Origin: an uncultured Chloroflexia bacterium
GTDB taxonomy: Bacteria; Chloroflexota; Dehalococcoidia; UBA2247; RBG-13-53-26
Length of the DNA: 64,000 nt
Reading direction: 5' to 3'
Assembly: GCA_963720375.1 (NCBI GenBank)
Contig: CAVRFM010000015.1
Span: 39,988-103,987, forward strand
Part shown: one piece after another, positions 39,254 through 48,968 of the stretch
Layout: the number at the start of each line of letters is the position of its first letter
Numbering within the stretch: position 1 is the stretch's first letter
The notes under the pieces: generated by a model
What the model was told of the DNA's origin: nothing
Databases searched by the model: none
What the model saw: only the letters and a program-made list of their open reading frames with translations
Translations under genes and position numbers: made by a program

Positions 39254-40570
39254 ATGAAAACAGCTAAAGAGACTTGGGAGACTGCCAAAGGGGCCCTTCA
39301 GGTTCAGGTTAGCAAAGCCAACTTCGACACTTGGCTAAAGGACACTGTAGGGATCAGTCACCAAGGAAATCAATTTGTAATCGGAACTCCCAGCGCTTTC
39401 GCCAAGGAATGGCTGGAAAAGCGTCTTCATTCTTTGGTAACGAAGGTGCTCATCAGCATTGTAGGGCATGAGATTGAGGTTCAGTTCCAGGTCTGCCCGG
39501 ACCAGGACTCTGTCTGGCAGGGCCAGGACCACTCACAATCGAAGCTGCCATTGCCAGTGGGCAACCCGAGGTATACTTTCGAAAACTTCGTTGTCGGGGG
39601 TTCAAACCGTCTTGCCTACGCTGCTGCATTGGGGATATCTGAGGAGCCAGGGCGGCAGTACAATCCGCTTTTCATCCACGGTGGATCCGGCCTGGGAAAG
39701 ACCCATCTTTCCCACGCGATAGGGAATGAAGCTTCCGAAAACGGATTCAAGGTCGTTTATACTGGCAGCGAGCAATTCACCAATGAGTTCATAAGTTCAA
39801 TCAGGGAGAGAAGGACAGAGGAGTTTCGCAGCAAATTCAGGAACGCTGACATTCTCGTCATAGAGGACATCCAGTTCCTGGTTGGCAAACCCTCGACACA
39901 GGAAACACTGTTTCACACCTTCAATGAACTGCATGACACCAATCGCCAGTTGGTTATCACCAGCGATCGCCCTCCAAAGGCGATGACTACCCTGGAGAGC
40001 AGCTTATGTTCCCGCCTCGAAAGCGGGCTTATTGCCCAAGTTGAAGCACCTGACCTGGAAACACGTTTGGCCATCCTTCACGCAAGGGCCGAGGAACAGC
40101 AGGTTGTCATCGACGAAGCCGTATTCGATTTCATCGCCCAGCGTTGCCAGCGAAATGTCAGGGAACTAGAGGGAGCCCTGACTGCGCTTATCGCCGATGC
40201 AAAGATGTCACAGCAGCGTCCTACACTGGAGCTGGCGCAGGAGGCTCTGCGCGATATGCCTTCGGATAATTTAGGCTCATATGCTACTACCCCGGCATCG
40301 ATATTGAAGGCAGTGGCCGACCACTTCCAGGTGAGTTTAGAATCCCTGAAAGGCCGTAAGAGAGACAATCGATTAGCCATGGCGCGACACATCGCCATCT
40401 ACCTTGTACGAGAGAAGACAAATTGCCCCCTGCAGGATATCGGCAAATTGCTTGGCGGCAGAGACCACTCCACTATTCTCAGGGGCTATCATAGAATCGC
40501 CGGCACAGTTTCTACTGATCCCGCAGTGCAGAGAAACATCCATCAGATTGTGGCTAATCTTCCCACTTAG
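39254..40570 (+). CDS. dnaA: Chromosomal replication initiator protein DnaA
   Basis: Walker A GGSGLGKTHL, AAA+ sensor motifs and the C-terminal DNA-binding HTH (ARHIAIYLVREKT...LGGRDHSTIL). Confidence 0.95.
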   Translation: MKTAKETWETAKGALQVQVSKANFDTWLKDTVGISHQGNQFVIGTPSAFAKEWLEKRLHSLVTKVLISIVGHEIEVQFQVCPDQDSVWQGQDHSQSKLPLPVGNPRYTFENFVVGGSNRLAYAAALGISEEPGRQYNPLFIHGGSGLGKTHLSHAIGNEASENGFKVVYTGSEQFTNEFISSIRERRTEEFRSKFRNADILVIEDIQFLVGKPSTQETLFHTFNELHDTNRQLVITSDRPPKAMTTLESSLCSRLESGLIAQVEAPDLETRLAILHARAEEQQVVIDEAVFDFIAQRCQRNVRELEGALTALIADAKMSQQRPTLELAQEALRDMPSDNLGSYATTPASILKAVADHFQVSLESLKGRKRDNRLAMARHIAIYLVREKTNCPLQDIGKLLGGRDHSTILRGYHRIAGTVSTDPAVQRNIHQIVANLPT

Positions 40571-40767
40571 GTATATTACTATTATTATCTACTATCCAAA
40601 CATCACCCATTCTACTAGACTACTAATACACAATAAGATCCTGTGCATTCAATAAGTGCAGTCAGGCACAGTTGGGCATGTGCTACTAGCCATAACTTTG
40701 AGAGTGGGTGGGAGGGTAGGTATTATGTGCAAATCGTGCAGATGGTCTGTAAAGCAGTAAGACTGGC

Positions 40768-41373
40768 ATGAATATAGGGGTGTTTGGAGGCACCTTTGAT
40801 CCAGTCCACCGTGGACATATTGCTGCGGCCCAAAAGGTGAAAAGTGTTCTTGGCCTGGAGACGATTTTCTTTGTCCCGGCAGGGCAGCCTTGGCTCAAAG
40901 CAGATATTCCTGTTTCCCCGGCGAGGCACCGGGTAGAGATGGTACGTCTTGCCATTGCTGGTAAGAGATACTTCCAGATATCTACTACTGAGGTCGACAG
41001 GCCTGGCCCCTCCTTTACTGTTGACACCATTGATGTGCTGCAAAGGCAGCTGGGCGCCGCAGCAAACCTGTGGTTCATTTTGGGGAGTGACACGCTTTCA
41101 GACCTGCCGCGATGGAAGGAGCCGACCCGCCTCATACAGATTTGCCATCTGGTAGCATTCACCAGACCGGGTTTTGTCCCTCCTCCGCTGGAGTGGCTCG
41201 AATCATCTATCCCGGGTATTTCCAATCATGTTACTTTCGTAGAGGTACCGCAAATAAATGTCAGTGCCTCTGATATTCGACGCCGGGTAGCACAGGGTGC
41301 TTCCATTCGCCGGATGGTACCTGGAGCTGTGGAAAAGTATATCCTGGAACACGGATTGTATGTGTCCCCCTAG
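40768..41373 (+). CDS. nadD: Nicotinate-nucleotide adenylyltransferase
   Basis: GVFGGTFDPVHRGHI nucleotidyltransferase motif. Confidence 0.9.
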   Translation: MNIGVFGGTFDPVHRGHIAAAQKVKSVLGLETIFFVPAGQPWLKADIPVSPARHRVEMVRLAIAGKRYFQISTTEVDRPGPSFTVDTIDVLQRQLGAAANLWFILGSDTLSDLPRWKEPTRLIQICHLVAFTRPGFVPPPLEWLESSIPGISNHVTFVEVPQINVSASDIRRRVAQGASIRRMVPGAVEKYILEHGLYVSP

Positions 41374-41647
41374 GTTGTGTGGGCTGATCAAGTTGAGCGT
41401 TATTCATATACGGATACCCAAGAAACGTTGGTATAGTCCAAGAAGGTGGTGCTAAATGAGATGCCCCAAATGCGGTTATTGCAGCTTTGATGAGGGATGT
41501 AACCATGCCTCTAGCTGATAGAGACTACATGAGAAAAGAACATCCTCCTGCTTGCACCTGCGTTGAGTGCGAAAGGCGAAGGGCAAACAAGGGCAGACGG
41601 CGCACGGGGGAATCTCTCTGGAGTAGAACAATTGGGAGGCTGTTCTC

Positions 41648-42193
41648 TTGGATGCGCTGATGGATGGAGACGTATCAATGTCGCAGGAACGTGATAACGC
41701 TCTCACTAAGGTAGAACTGGCTCGCTACTTCCTCGAACTCATGAAACGTATTGAGAACAGCAGGGCACCTTTGCTACAGGGGAGCACTGCTCTGAGTGTC
41801 CTACAAGAGTACACTTCCTACTTGGATGGATTCTGGGCTGAGTGCTACAGTGCCACACGCTATTTCGATGATGTCAATCCTAAGTGTGCAAAGGCACTTA
41901 AAGACTTTCGAGAAAAAACGCAGGGAGATTTCTACGCATGGGGTACTGGTAAGCGTTCCATATCCGTTCACCACAAACCAGTTGAGCCAAAGAGGGAAGG
42001 CTATATGCCGCCACGAGGAGACAACATTGGTGGGCAACTCTTAGAATACGACCCCCCAAATTGGAACAAGATCAATTCCAAACTGAACGACTATTACTAC
42101 TTCACTGATGATCCTTCGGAGCAGCCGATAACTAGGCAGTGTGAGAGTCACTTAGCAGAACTAGAGAAGTTCATAAAGCAGAATTGTCCATGA
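41648..42193 (+). CDS. Hypothetical protein (181 aa; the start may be the Met at 41678)
   Basis: ORF with no recognisable motif. Lies upstream of, and co-oriented with, the protease gene. Confidence 0.5.
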   Translation: MDALMDGDVSMSQERDNALTKVELARYFLELMKRIENSRAPLLQGSTALSVLQEYTSYLDGFWAECYSATRYFDDVNPKCAKALKDFREKTQGDFYAWGTGKRSISVHHKPVEPKREGYMPPRGDNIGGQLLEYDPPNWNKINSKLNDYYYFTDDPSEQPITRQCESHLAELEKFIKQNCP

Positions 42194-42227
42194 CTGGCAC
42201 CTATGAGGCAAGATAAAATGAATATCA

Positions 42228-43088
42228 TTGATCGGGGATATCAATATGCGCGTACCTGACGAGGTTCGCCAATGCGTCGTGTTTGTGGGGCTTGGAGACG
42301 GCAAGGGAGGAGTGTCATTCAAAGGGACAGCTTTCTTCGTTAGTGTACCTTCCAAGAGCAAACCTGAAGTTAGTTACCTATACTTGGTAACAGCCAAACA
42401 TGTGGCAGCCTTACTGCAAGACAAACCATTCTTAATCCGAGCCAACACGAATGATGGGAAGTCATGCGTAATTGGAGGCGCAAGAGTACATTGGTGGTAT
42501 CATCCCACCGATCCTTTCGTAGATGTAGCCATCATCTCTTGGGTACACCCCGAAAACATGCCCCTTGACTATCTTGAATACAAACACATTCCAACTACAA
42601 TGTTTTTGTCCGATGAAGCTATATATAGTCGTGCTATCGGCACAGGGGATGAGGTATTCATCACTGGGCTTTTTGCACATCTGACAGGCTCATCAAGAAA
42701 CCTGCCAATAGTCCGCATTGGCAACATAGCCATGTTCCCTACAGAGCCAGTACCGACACGTATCGGCAACATCGAAGCTTATTTGATCGAAGCTAGATCA
42801 ATTGGAGGTTTAAGTGGTTCTCCTGCCTTTGTCATCCAAACAGCTCCACCTGAAGTTGGCAAGCTTTACCTTTTGGGATTGATGCATGGTCACTGGGATA
42901 TCCCCCCAGAGGCAAAGAACGACCAACTGGTAATGGACAATGATCACTATAAGCAGGTGAATATGGGCATAGCGATTGTAATTCCAGCTAAGAAGATATT
43001 GGAGGTTATGAACCAAGAAATACTAGACACATGGAGAAGACTAGAGGATCAGAAGATGCAGAAAGAACAAGTACCACCGCCAATGTGA
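42228..43088 (+). CDS. Trypsin-like (chymotrypsin-fold, S1-type) serine protease
   Basis: Catalytic-triad context VTAKHV (His), DVAII (Asp) and GGLSGSP (Ser). Confidence 0.65.
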   Translation: MIGDINMRVPDEVRQCVVFVGLGDGKGGVSFKGTAFFVSVPSKSKPEVSYLYLVTAKHVAALLQDKPFLIRANTNDGKSCVIGGARVHWWYHPTDPFVDVAIISWVHPENMPLDYLEYKHIPTTMFLSDEAIYSRAIGTGDEVFITGLFAHLTGSSRNLPIVRIGNIAMFPTEPVPTRIGNIEAYLIEARSIGGLSGSPAFVIQTAPPEVGKLYLLGLMHGHWDIPPEAKNDQLVMDNDHYKQVNMGIAIVIPAKKILEVMNQEILDTWRRLEDQKMQKEQVPPPM

Positions 43089-43223
43089 AGTATGAGGATT
43101 GAAATATGAATAACGCTGAAGTTGATGAAGCCTCGCTCTGAACACTATAATCTACTGGCTGGTCTAACCGAGAGTATTAGGGAATCGGACTCCATCTAAG
43201 TTAGACTACTCTAGTTAATCATT

Positions 43224-43679
43224 ATGCCTACTCTTGCAGTCAAGTTGGTCCATCCGGCCGCGAAGCCACCTGGGAAGATGACTCCAGGGAGTGCCGGCCT
43301 TGACCTTTACGCAGCGGAAAGTGTGGAGGTTCCGCCTACCCATTGCGAGCCCGATGGACGTGCTGAAGTCGGCAGAGCCCTTGTATCGACAGGAATTGTT
43401 ATAGAGTTGCCTCATGGAACGGTTGGCAGGATAGCATCCCGGTCCGGGCTGTCAGTTAGGGCAAATATAGAGGCGGGAGCCGGGTGGATTGACAGTGACT
43501 ACCGCGGAACGGTTATGGTGGAGTTGAAGAACTTCGGTTCGAATCCCTACCGCATCAACCAGGGAGACCGTATCGCTCAATTAATGGTACTACCGGTTGT
43601 GGACGTTGAAATAAGTGTTGTGACCGATATTAGAGAAACGGCACGAGGGTCATCAGGGTTTGGTTCGACTGGCCACTAG
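43224..43679 (+). CDS. dut: dUTP diphosphatase
   Basis: SAGLDL...RSGL...GWIDSDYRG...dUTPase motifs. Confidence 0.9.
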   Translation: MPTLAVKLVHPAAKPPGKMTPGSAGLDLYAAESVEVPPTHCEPDGRAEVGRALVSTGIVIELPHGTVGRIASRSGLSVRANIEAGAGWIDSDYRGTVMVELKNFGSNPYRINQGDRIAQLMVLPVVDVEISVVTDIRETARGSSGFGSTGH

Positions 43680-43778
43680 GTTTTAGGTATATCGTTCCAA
43701 GTTCTATTCTTGTTGGTGAAGACCGATTGCTGTCTCCCCTGTTTCTGACTGGCCGCTCTGGGTCGAAGCTACTGAAAA

Positions 43779-44483
43779 GTGGGGGAGAACCGAAGGCCGA
43801 GTCTTGAAAGGCTTATGACTATGACTGAGAAGTCTATGAGTGTGACATTGATTGAAGCCAGGGACCTGCCGGAAGCGTGGTTTCTCTGCCTGCGCAGCGT
43901 TCTCGCGGAGGGTTATGAGTACCGTATAGATCGAGGGAGTTTTGAGGGGCAGCGCAGAAAGGAACTTGACTTGGCTGTAGTTCAGATACGCCAACCGGGC
44001 ATACGGCCGCTGGTACCTGACGTACCGCAGGGTGTTCCCCCGCCAACGACTATGGAGTATGTCGAGGCCTACTTGCCCTATCTCATGACTTCCTGCAAAG
44101 AAAAAGGCGAGCAGTACACTTACGGAGAGGACCTTGAATCGCAGATTCCTGAAGTAATCCGGATGTATAAGGAGGGCGGCCACAATACAAATCAGGCGTA
44201 CATGGCGGTGGGCAGCCGGGAATCTATCTATCTGGGGGATCCACAATGCCTGAGAGGCATACACACCAGGATCCGTTATGGTCGCTTCCACTTTGTGGTT
44301 TACTTCAGATCCTGGGACCTATGGGGAGGCTTCCCGTCCAATCTTGCCGCGCTGCAACTTATGAAGGAGTATATGGCGACCGAGATCGGGGTTCCTGACG
44401 GTGAGTTGATTTGCATTAGCAGTGGGATGCATCTGTATGAACATAGTTGGGACTTGGCAAAGCTCGCGGCACGTATAGATTAA
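43779..44483 (+). CDS. Thymidylate synthase ThyA-family protein (short, archaeal-like form)
   Basis: HFVVYFRSWDLWGGFPSNLAALQLM aligns with the ThyA [23 protein letters not shown] segment. DPQCLRGIH aligns with the active-site PCH region. 234 aa. Confidence 0.65.
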   Translation: MGENRRPSLERLMTMTEKSMSVTLIEARDLPEAWFLCLRSVLAEGYEYRIDRGSFEGQRRKELDLAVVQIRQPGIRPLVPDVPQGVPPPTTMEYVEAYLPYLMTSCKEKGEQYTYGEDLESQIPEVIRMYKEGGHNTNQAYMAVGSRESIYLGDPQCLRGIHTRIRYGRFHFVVYFRSWDLWGGFPSNLAALQLMKEYMATEIGVPDGELICISSGMHLYEHSWDLAKLAARID

Positions 44484-44522
44484 GAGTAGTCCGAACATCT
44501 CCAAATTGTAAACCGACACGTA

Positions 44523-44777
44523 ATGGGATATACTAATCTTGATTTTCGTTTGGGAGGTGGTTTTGTGGAGCAATTCGTGCTGCCCAAATGTCAGAAGTGC
44601 AGTAGTGGCGATCTGGTGCCTCTATCTGATTTCGGTAGCCAGGGTGCGCCGATCCATTACAAGGCATGGGTATGTACAAATCCCGATTGTGGGTTCAACT
44701 TGAAGATAAGGAATGGTGACGTTTACATAAACGAGCCGGTTATCAGTGGGGCAATGCACAATTCCCGAGCACGTTAG
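44523..44777 (+). CDS. Small zinc-ribbon protein
   Basis: CQKC...CTNPDC four-cysteine arrangement. Confidence 0.4.
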   Translation: MGYTNLDFRLGGGFVEQFVLPKCQKCSSGDLVPLSDFGSQGAPIHYKAWVCTNPDCGFNLKIRNGDVYINEPVISGAMHNSRAR

Positions 44778-44798
44778 ACTGTATTGATCGGTTAGAAT

Positions 44799-45506
44799 GT
44801 GAGCTGGTGGGCCCAGGTAGGCGAGTTTAAGGGCAAGTTTGTCGATTTAGTCTTTCCACCCCGTTGTGTTGGCTGTGGGAAGGATGGTGCTTTCATCTGC
44901 TCGCCATGTTGCGGGACTATCGCTCGCCTTACGCCTCCGCTCTGTCCCATGTGCAGCAAGCCACTACTTCAGGAGGATTATTGTCCCTCTTGCCGGAGGT
45001 TAAGACTGGAGATCGATGGTATCCGTTCACCCTTCGTTTTTCAGGGCACGGTGCGTCGGGCCATTCATCAGTTCAAGTACAGGAACTTTAAGGCGCTGGC
45101 TCTTCCACTCTCGCAGTTGCTGGCTCAGTATTTGGAAACCAAGCCCCTGCCTGGGGATGTTCTTGTCCCGGTTCCGCTTCATTCCCGTCGGTTGCGTGAG
45201 CGAGGGTATAATCAATCCGGGCTCTTGTCTCGGGAACTCGGGAAACTGCTTGGTCTTCCAGTCGTAGAGGATTCGCTAGTCAGGCTTCGGGACACGCGGG
45301 CTCAAGCCAGGACTTCTGATGCCGAAGAGCGTCGAGGTAATGTACTGGGGGCCTTTAGCTGCCGAGATGAGAGGTTGAAAGGGAGACGGGTACTTCTCGT
45401 TGATGATGTGTGTACTACAGGGGCCACGTTGAATTCCTGTGCCATCGCCTTGAAGGGAGCTGGCGCCAGCTCTGTTTGGGGTTTGGCCTTAGCTAGGGAA
45501 GGATGA
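44799..45506 (+). CDS. ComF-family protein (double zinc ribbon plus phosphoribosyltransferase domain)
   Basis: CVGCG...CSPCC...CPMC...CPSC ribbons and a [14 protein letters not shown] PRTase motif. Confidence 0.8.
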   Translation: MSWWAQVGEFKGKFVDLVFPPRCVGCGKDGAFICSPCCGTIARLTPPLCPMCSKPLLQEDYCPSCRRLRLEIDGIRSPFVFQGTVRRAIHQFKYRNFKALALPLSQLLAQYLETKPLPGDVLVPVPLHSRRLRERGYNQSGLLSRELGKLLGLPVVEDSLVRLRDTRAQARTSDAEERRGNVLGAFSCRDERLKGRRVLLVDDVCTTGATLNSCAIALKGAGASSVWGLALAREG

Positions 45507-46742
45507 GTATGAAAGAGTTGCCGAAGAAAGACCCGGAGATTGCCTCACTAATTAAGAGGGAAGAGGAACGGCAGCAACGCAAGCTGGTGTTCATCGCTGC
45601 TGAGAACCACACCACTCGGGCGGTACTGGAGGCACAGGGCTCTGTCCTTACCAACAAGTACGCCGAAGGCTACCCGGGGCGCCGCTACTACAGTGGTTGC
45701 CAGGAAGTAGATGAGGTGGAGAGAATAGCAGTTCTCAGGGCGAAGGAGCTCTTTCATGCTGAGCATGCCAATGTTCAGTCTCACAGTGGAAGTCAGGCCA
45801 ATGCGGCGGTTTATCTTGCCTTACTCAACCCCGGGGATAAGGTAATGAGCATGAGCCTGGCTCATGGGGGACACCTCACCCACGGAAGTCCGGTCAGTTT
45901 CTCTGGAAAGTTATATAGATTCATTCATTATGAAGTAAACCGGGAAACGGAGCGGCTTGACTATGACGAGGTGGAGCGCCTGGCCAAAGAACATAGACCG
46001 AAGCTGATTGTGGCGGGAGCCAGTGCCTATCCCAGGATTATTGACTTTGAGAGGTTTCATCATATTGCTGAAGAGGTGGGGGCGCAGCTTATGGTCGATA
46101 TGGCTCATATAGCTGGCCTGGTGGCTGCTGGAGTACATCCTTCACCGGTACCCTTGGGCGCAGGTAGTCACTGCGACCACACAAAAGACTCTGCGTGGGC
46201 CCCGGGGTGGCTTTCTTCTTGCTAAGCAGGGGTTGGGCAAAATCCTGGACTCCGCTGTTTTCCCTGGCACGCAGGGTGGCCCCCTGATGCACGTCATTGC
46301 TGCGAAGGCAGTGTGTTTCCATGAGGCAATGCAACCCGAGTTTGTTACTTACCAGCAAAAAATCCTGGAGAATGCCAGGGTTTTGGCTGATGAATTGCAG
46401 AAGTTGGGTTTCCGGATCGTTAGCGGAGGCACAGATAATCATCTCCTCCTTATCGACCTTCGCGGGACAGGGATAACGGGTAGGGTAGCGGAGGAAGCCC
46501 TTGATAGTGTTGGCGTCTCTGCCAACCGGAATGGCATCCCCTTTGATCCTCTTCCACCGCAAACCACGAGCGGATTGAGGCTTGGGACTCCTGCAGTGAC
46601 TACAAGGGGACTCGGTCCGCAGGAGATGAGACAAATAGCCTCGCTAATCCATAGAGTGCTGACCAATCTCGGGGATGAGAAGATAAAACTTGAGGCCTCT
46701 CAGGAAGTGGAGGGGATCACCCGCCGCTTTCCGCTGCCCTGA
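45503..46742 (+). pseudogene. glyA: Serine hydroxymethyltransferase GlyA, split by one frameshift near 46153-46157 (ORFs 45503..46225 and 46233..46742)
   Basis: ORF1 matches SHMT up to HPSPVP and then diverges. The +1 frame continues [22 protein letters not shown]...SAVFPGTQGGPLMH (PLP-lysine region) into ORF2. Confidence 0.85.
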
Positions 46743-46820
46743 GCTTGTAGATTCAGCCATTTGTGTGTTATAGTTTGTCCGACAACCTGCATTTCATTGG
46801 TAGTGGAGGGAGTAGAGAAG

Positions 46821-47105
46821 TTGCACGATTACGAAGTAACAGTGATTTTCAGTCCTGAGATTACTGAGGAGGATCTGCCTGTTGAAATCGAGAAGGTGAA
46901 GCAGTTCATCACCCAAAAAGGTGGTGTTGTTGGTGAAGTTAATCGATGGGGCAGAAGGAAACTGGCGTATCCGATAAAGAAATACAGAGAGGGGAATTAT
47001 GTACTGACCCCGTTCAAACTTCAGCCCGAAATGACATTGGAGCTGGAGAGGAACTTGCGGGGTTCAGAGCGGATATTGCGGTACTTGTTGGTGAGATTGG
47101 AGTAA
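46821..47105 (+). CDS. rpsF: 30S ribosomal protein S6 (TTG start at 46821)
   Basis: HDYEVTVIF...S6 fold. A GGAGGGAG ribosome-binding site lies upstream. Gene order rpsF-ssb-rpsR. Confidence 0.85.
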   Translation: MHDYEVTVIFSPEITEEDLPVEIEKVKQFITQKGGVVGEVNRWGRRKLAYPIKKYREGNYVLTPFKLQPEMTLELERNLRGSERILRYLLVRLE

Positions 47106-47118
47106 GAGAGAAGAGCCG

Positions 47119-47529
47119 ATGGCGAACTTGAACAAGGTGATGATTATTGGCAACGTGGGGACTGATCCGGAGATGCGCTTTACTCCCAATGGAAGCCCGG
47201 TGACCAGCTTTCGTATTGCTACCAGCAGAATGTTCAATAGCCCCGAAGGTGAACGGAAACAGGAGACGGAGTGGTTTACCGTGGTTACCTGGAATAAGTT
47301 GGCGGAGAGCTGTAACCAGTTCTTGACTAAAGGTAAGCGGGCTTATGTAGAGGGCAGGCTGCGAACGCGCAGTTGGGAAGGACAGGACGGACAGAAACGG
47401 AGCCGGGTGGAGATAGTGGCAGATAGGGTTCTCTTCCTTGACAGGCAAGCTGCTGCTCCACTTCCGGAAGGTGAGGCAAAGGTTGATAAGGTTGATGAGG
47501 CGGCGGTGGAAGAGGATCTCCCATTCTAG
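47119..47529 (+). CDS. ssb: Single-stranded DNA-binding protein
   Basis: OB fold NKVMIIGNVGTDPEMRFTPNG and an acidic C-terminal tip EEDLPF. Confidence 0.92.
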   Translation: MANLNKVMIIGNVGTDPEMRFTPNGSPVTSFRIATSRMFNSPEGERKQETEWFTVVTWNKLAESCNQFLTKGKRAYVEGRLRTRSWEGQDGQKRSRVEIVADRVLFLDRQAAAPLPEGEAKVDKVDEAAVEEDLPF

Positions 47530-47535
47530 GGAAAG

Positions 47536-47844
47536 GTGGCAAAGATGGCAGACATGAGAGGAGCGAGGACAACTAGAAGGCCGGCTCGGCCGAAGTATCT
47601 CCCCAAGCGGAGGGCATGCATTTTCTGTGCTGATAAGATAGATGACATAAACTATAAAGACCCGGCTCTACTGCGTCGTTACGTTTCGGATCGATGCAAG
47701 ATTGAGCCGCGACGCAGGACCGGCAATTGCGCTAAACATCAGCGAGCTCTGGCCCTGGCAATTAAGAGGGCGCGTCATCTGGCATTGCTACCCTTCACGC
47801 CAGCGCATATGCGTAAGATGGGGGTTACCAGTCTACGAGGGTAG
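47536..47844 (+). CDS. rpsR: 30S ribosomal protein S18
   Basis: [33 protein letters not shown]. Confidence 0.92.
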   Translation: MAKMADMRGARTTRRPARPKYLPKRRACIFCADKIDDINYKDPALLRRYVSDRCKIEPRRRTGNCAKHQRALALAIKRARHLALLPFTPAHMRKMGVTSLRG

Positions 47845-47918
47845 CTGCCTCCCCTACCTGCGTGTACCCAATCCCTTTTCCAGCTCATCAGAGTTCTTGT
47901 CTTTTGCAGAGGTAAGAC

Positions 47919-48944
47919 TTGGACAAGAAGCCAAAGATTGAAGGTTCGGCTCGTAAGGGAACGCCTGCGCGCAGGCGTTCCAGATGGGATAAGGAGAAGA
48001 GGTGGCTGTACATCATCGAGGCCATAATCGTGCTGACTATTGTTGCCGTTCCGGCGCTAGTTGGTTATGGCTATTATGACACCCATATCAAACCCTGGCA
48101 CCAGCCTATCTTGAAGGTGAATGACACCACCATCGAGATGACCTCCTTTGTCAAAATGCTGCGCTTGTATCAGAGTAATGCAAGCTACTATTCAGATAAT
48201 ACGAGTTGGGCTCAAGATGAGGCGACCACAATGGAAGAGAATGAGCTTATGAAGCAGGGGCTGAAGAAGGACTTTGGCATTGTTGTCAGCGACAATGCTA
48301 TCGAAGGGAAGTTGCAGGAGCTATTGACTTCGTACAGCATGACTGCGGACCAACTCAAGACGAATCTCGCCACGATGAAGATATCGGTGGAGGATTTCAA
48401 ACAAATGTACATAGAGCCATCCCTGGTGCAGTCTGATCTGCAGCAACAAATTGGTGACCAGGATTACCCCGCGGATCAGGAGTTTGATCATGTCAGAGTT
48501 CAGGCCATGCTTGTAGCAGGTGCAGATAATGCCACTGCGGTGAGAGACAGATGGCTCGCGGGCGAGGATTTCAATACACTGGTCACCGACTACTCGCCGT
48601 CCAAGTACTACCCCAGCACTTCCTCGGATAATACTACGGTAGAATGGATACCCCGGGGCATTGAGAGTACTGCCTTTGATGACTATGCCTTTGCCGACGG
48701 GTCTGAAAACAGCACAGTGAGTGATGCGATTCCTGAGAGCGAAGGCTCAGGGGACTACTGGCTGATAAAGGTGCTGGAAAAGGGGTCGAGGTTGCTCAGT
48801 GATGGTGACAGAAGTACGTTAATCAGCAATGCGTTTGACAAGTGGCTTCAGGATGCGGAGAGCGCCGAAGCTAATAAGATGGTGAATTATCTGGATAGCG
48901 CAGACGGTTACTCGAAAATCTACTGGGCTCTGGACCATATCTAG
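47919..48944 (+). CDS. Membrane-anchored parvulin-type peptidyl-prolyl isomerase (SurA/PpiD-like)
   Basis: Basic N-terminus and one TM helix. C-terminal PpiC-type rotamase-like segment (HVRVQAMLVAGADNATAVRDRWLAGEDFNTL). Confidence 0.6.
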   Translation: MDKKPKIEGSARKGTPARRRSRWDKEKRWLYIIEAIIVLTIVAVPALVGYGYYDTHIKPWHQPILKVNDTTIEMTSFVKMLRLYQSNASYYSDNTSWAQDEATTMEENELMKQGLKKDFGIVVSDNAIEGKLQELLTSYSMTADQLKTNLATMKISVEDFKQMYIEPSLVQSDLQQQIGDQDYPADQEFDHVRVQAMLVAGADNATAVRDRWLAGEDFNTLVTDYSPSKYYPSTSSDNTTVEWIPRGIESTAFDDYAFADGSENSTVSDAIPESEGSGDYWLIKVLEKGSRLLSDGDRSTLISNAFDKWLQDAESAEANKMVNYLDSADGYSKIYWALDHI

Positions 48945-48968
48945 ACGTAGGGAGAGATTGGGCGAAAA

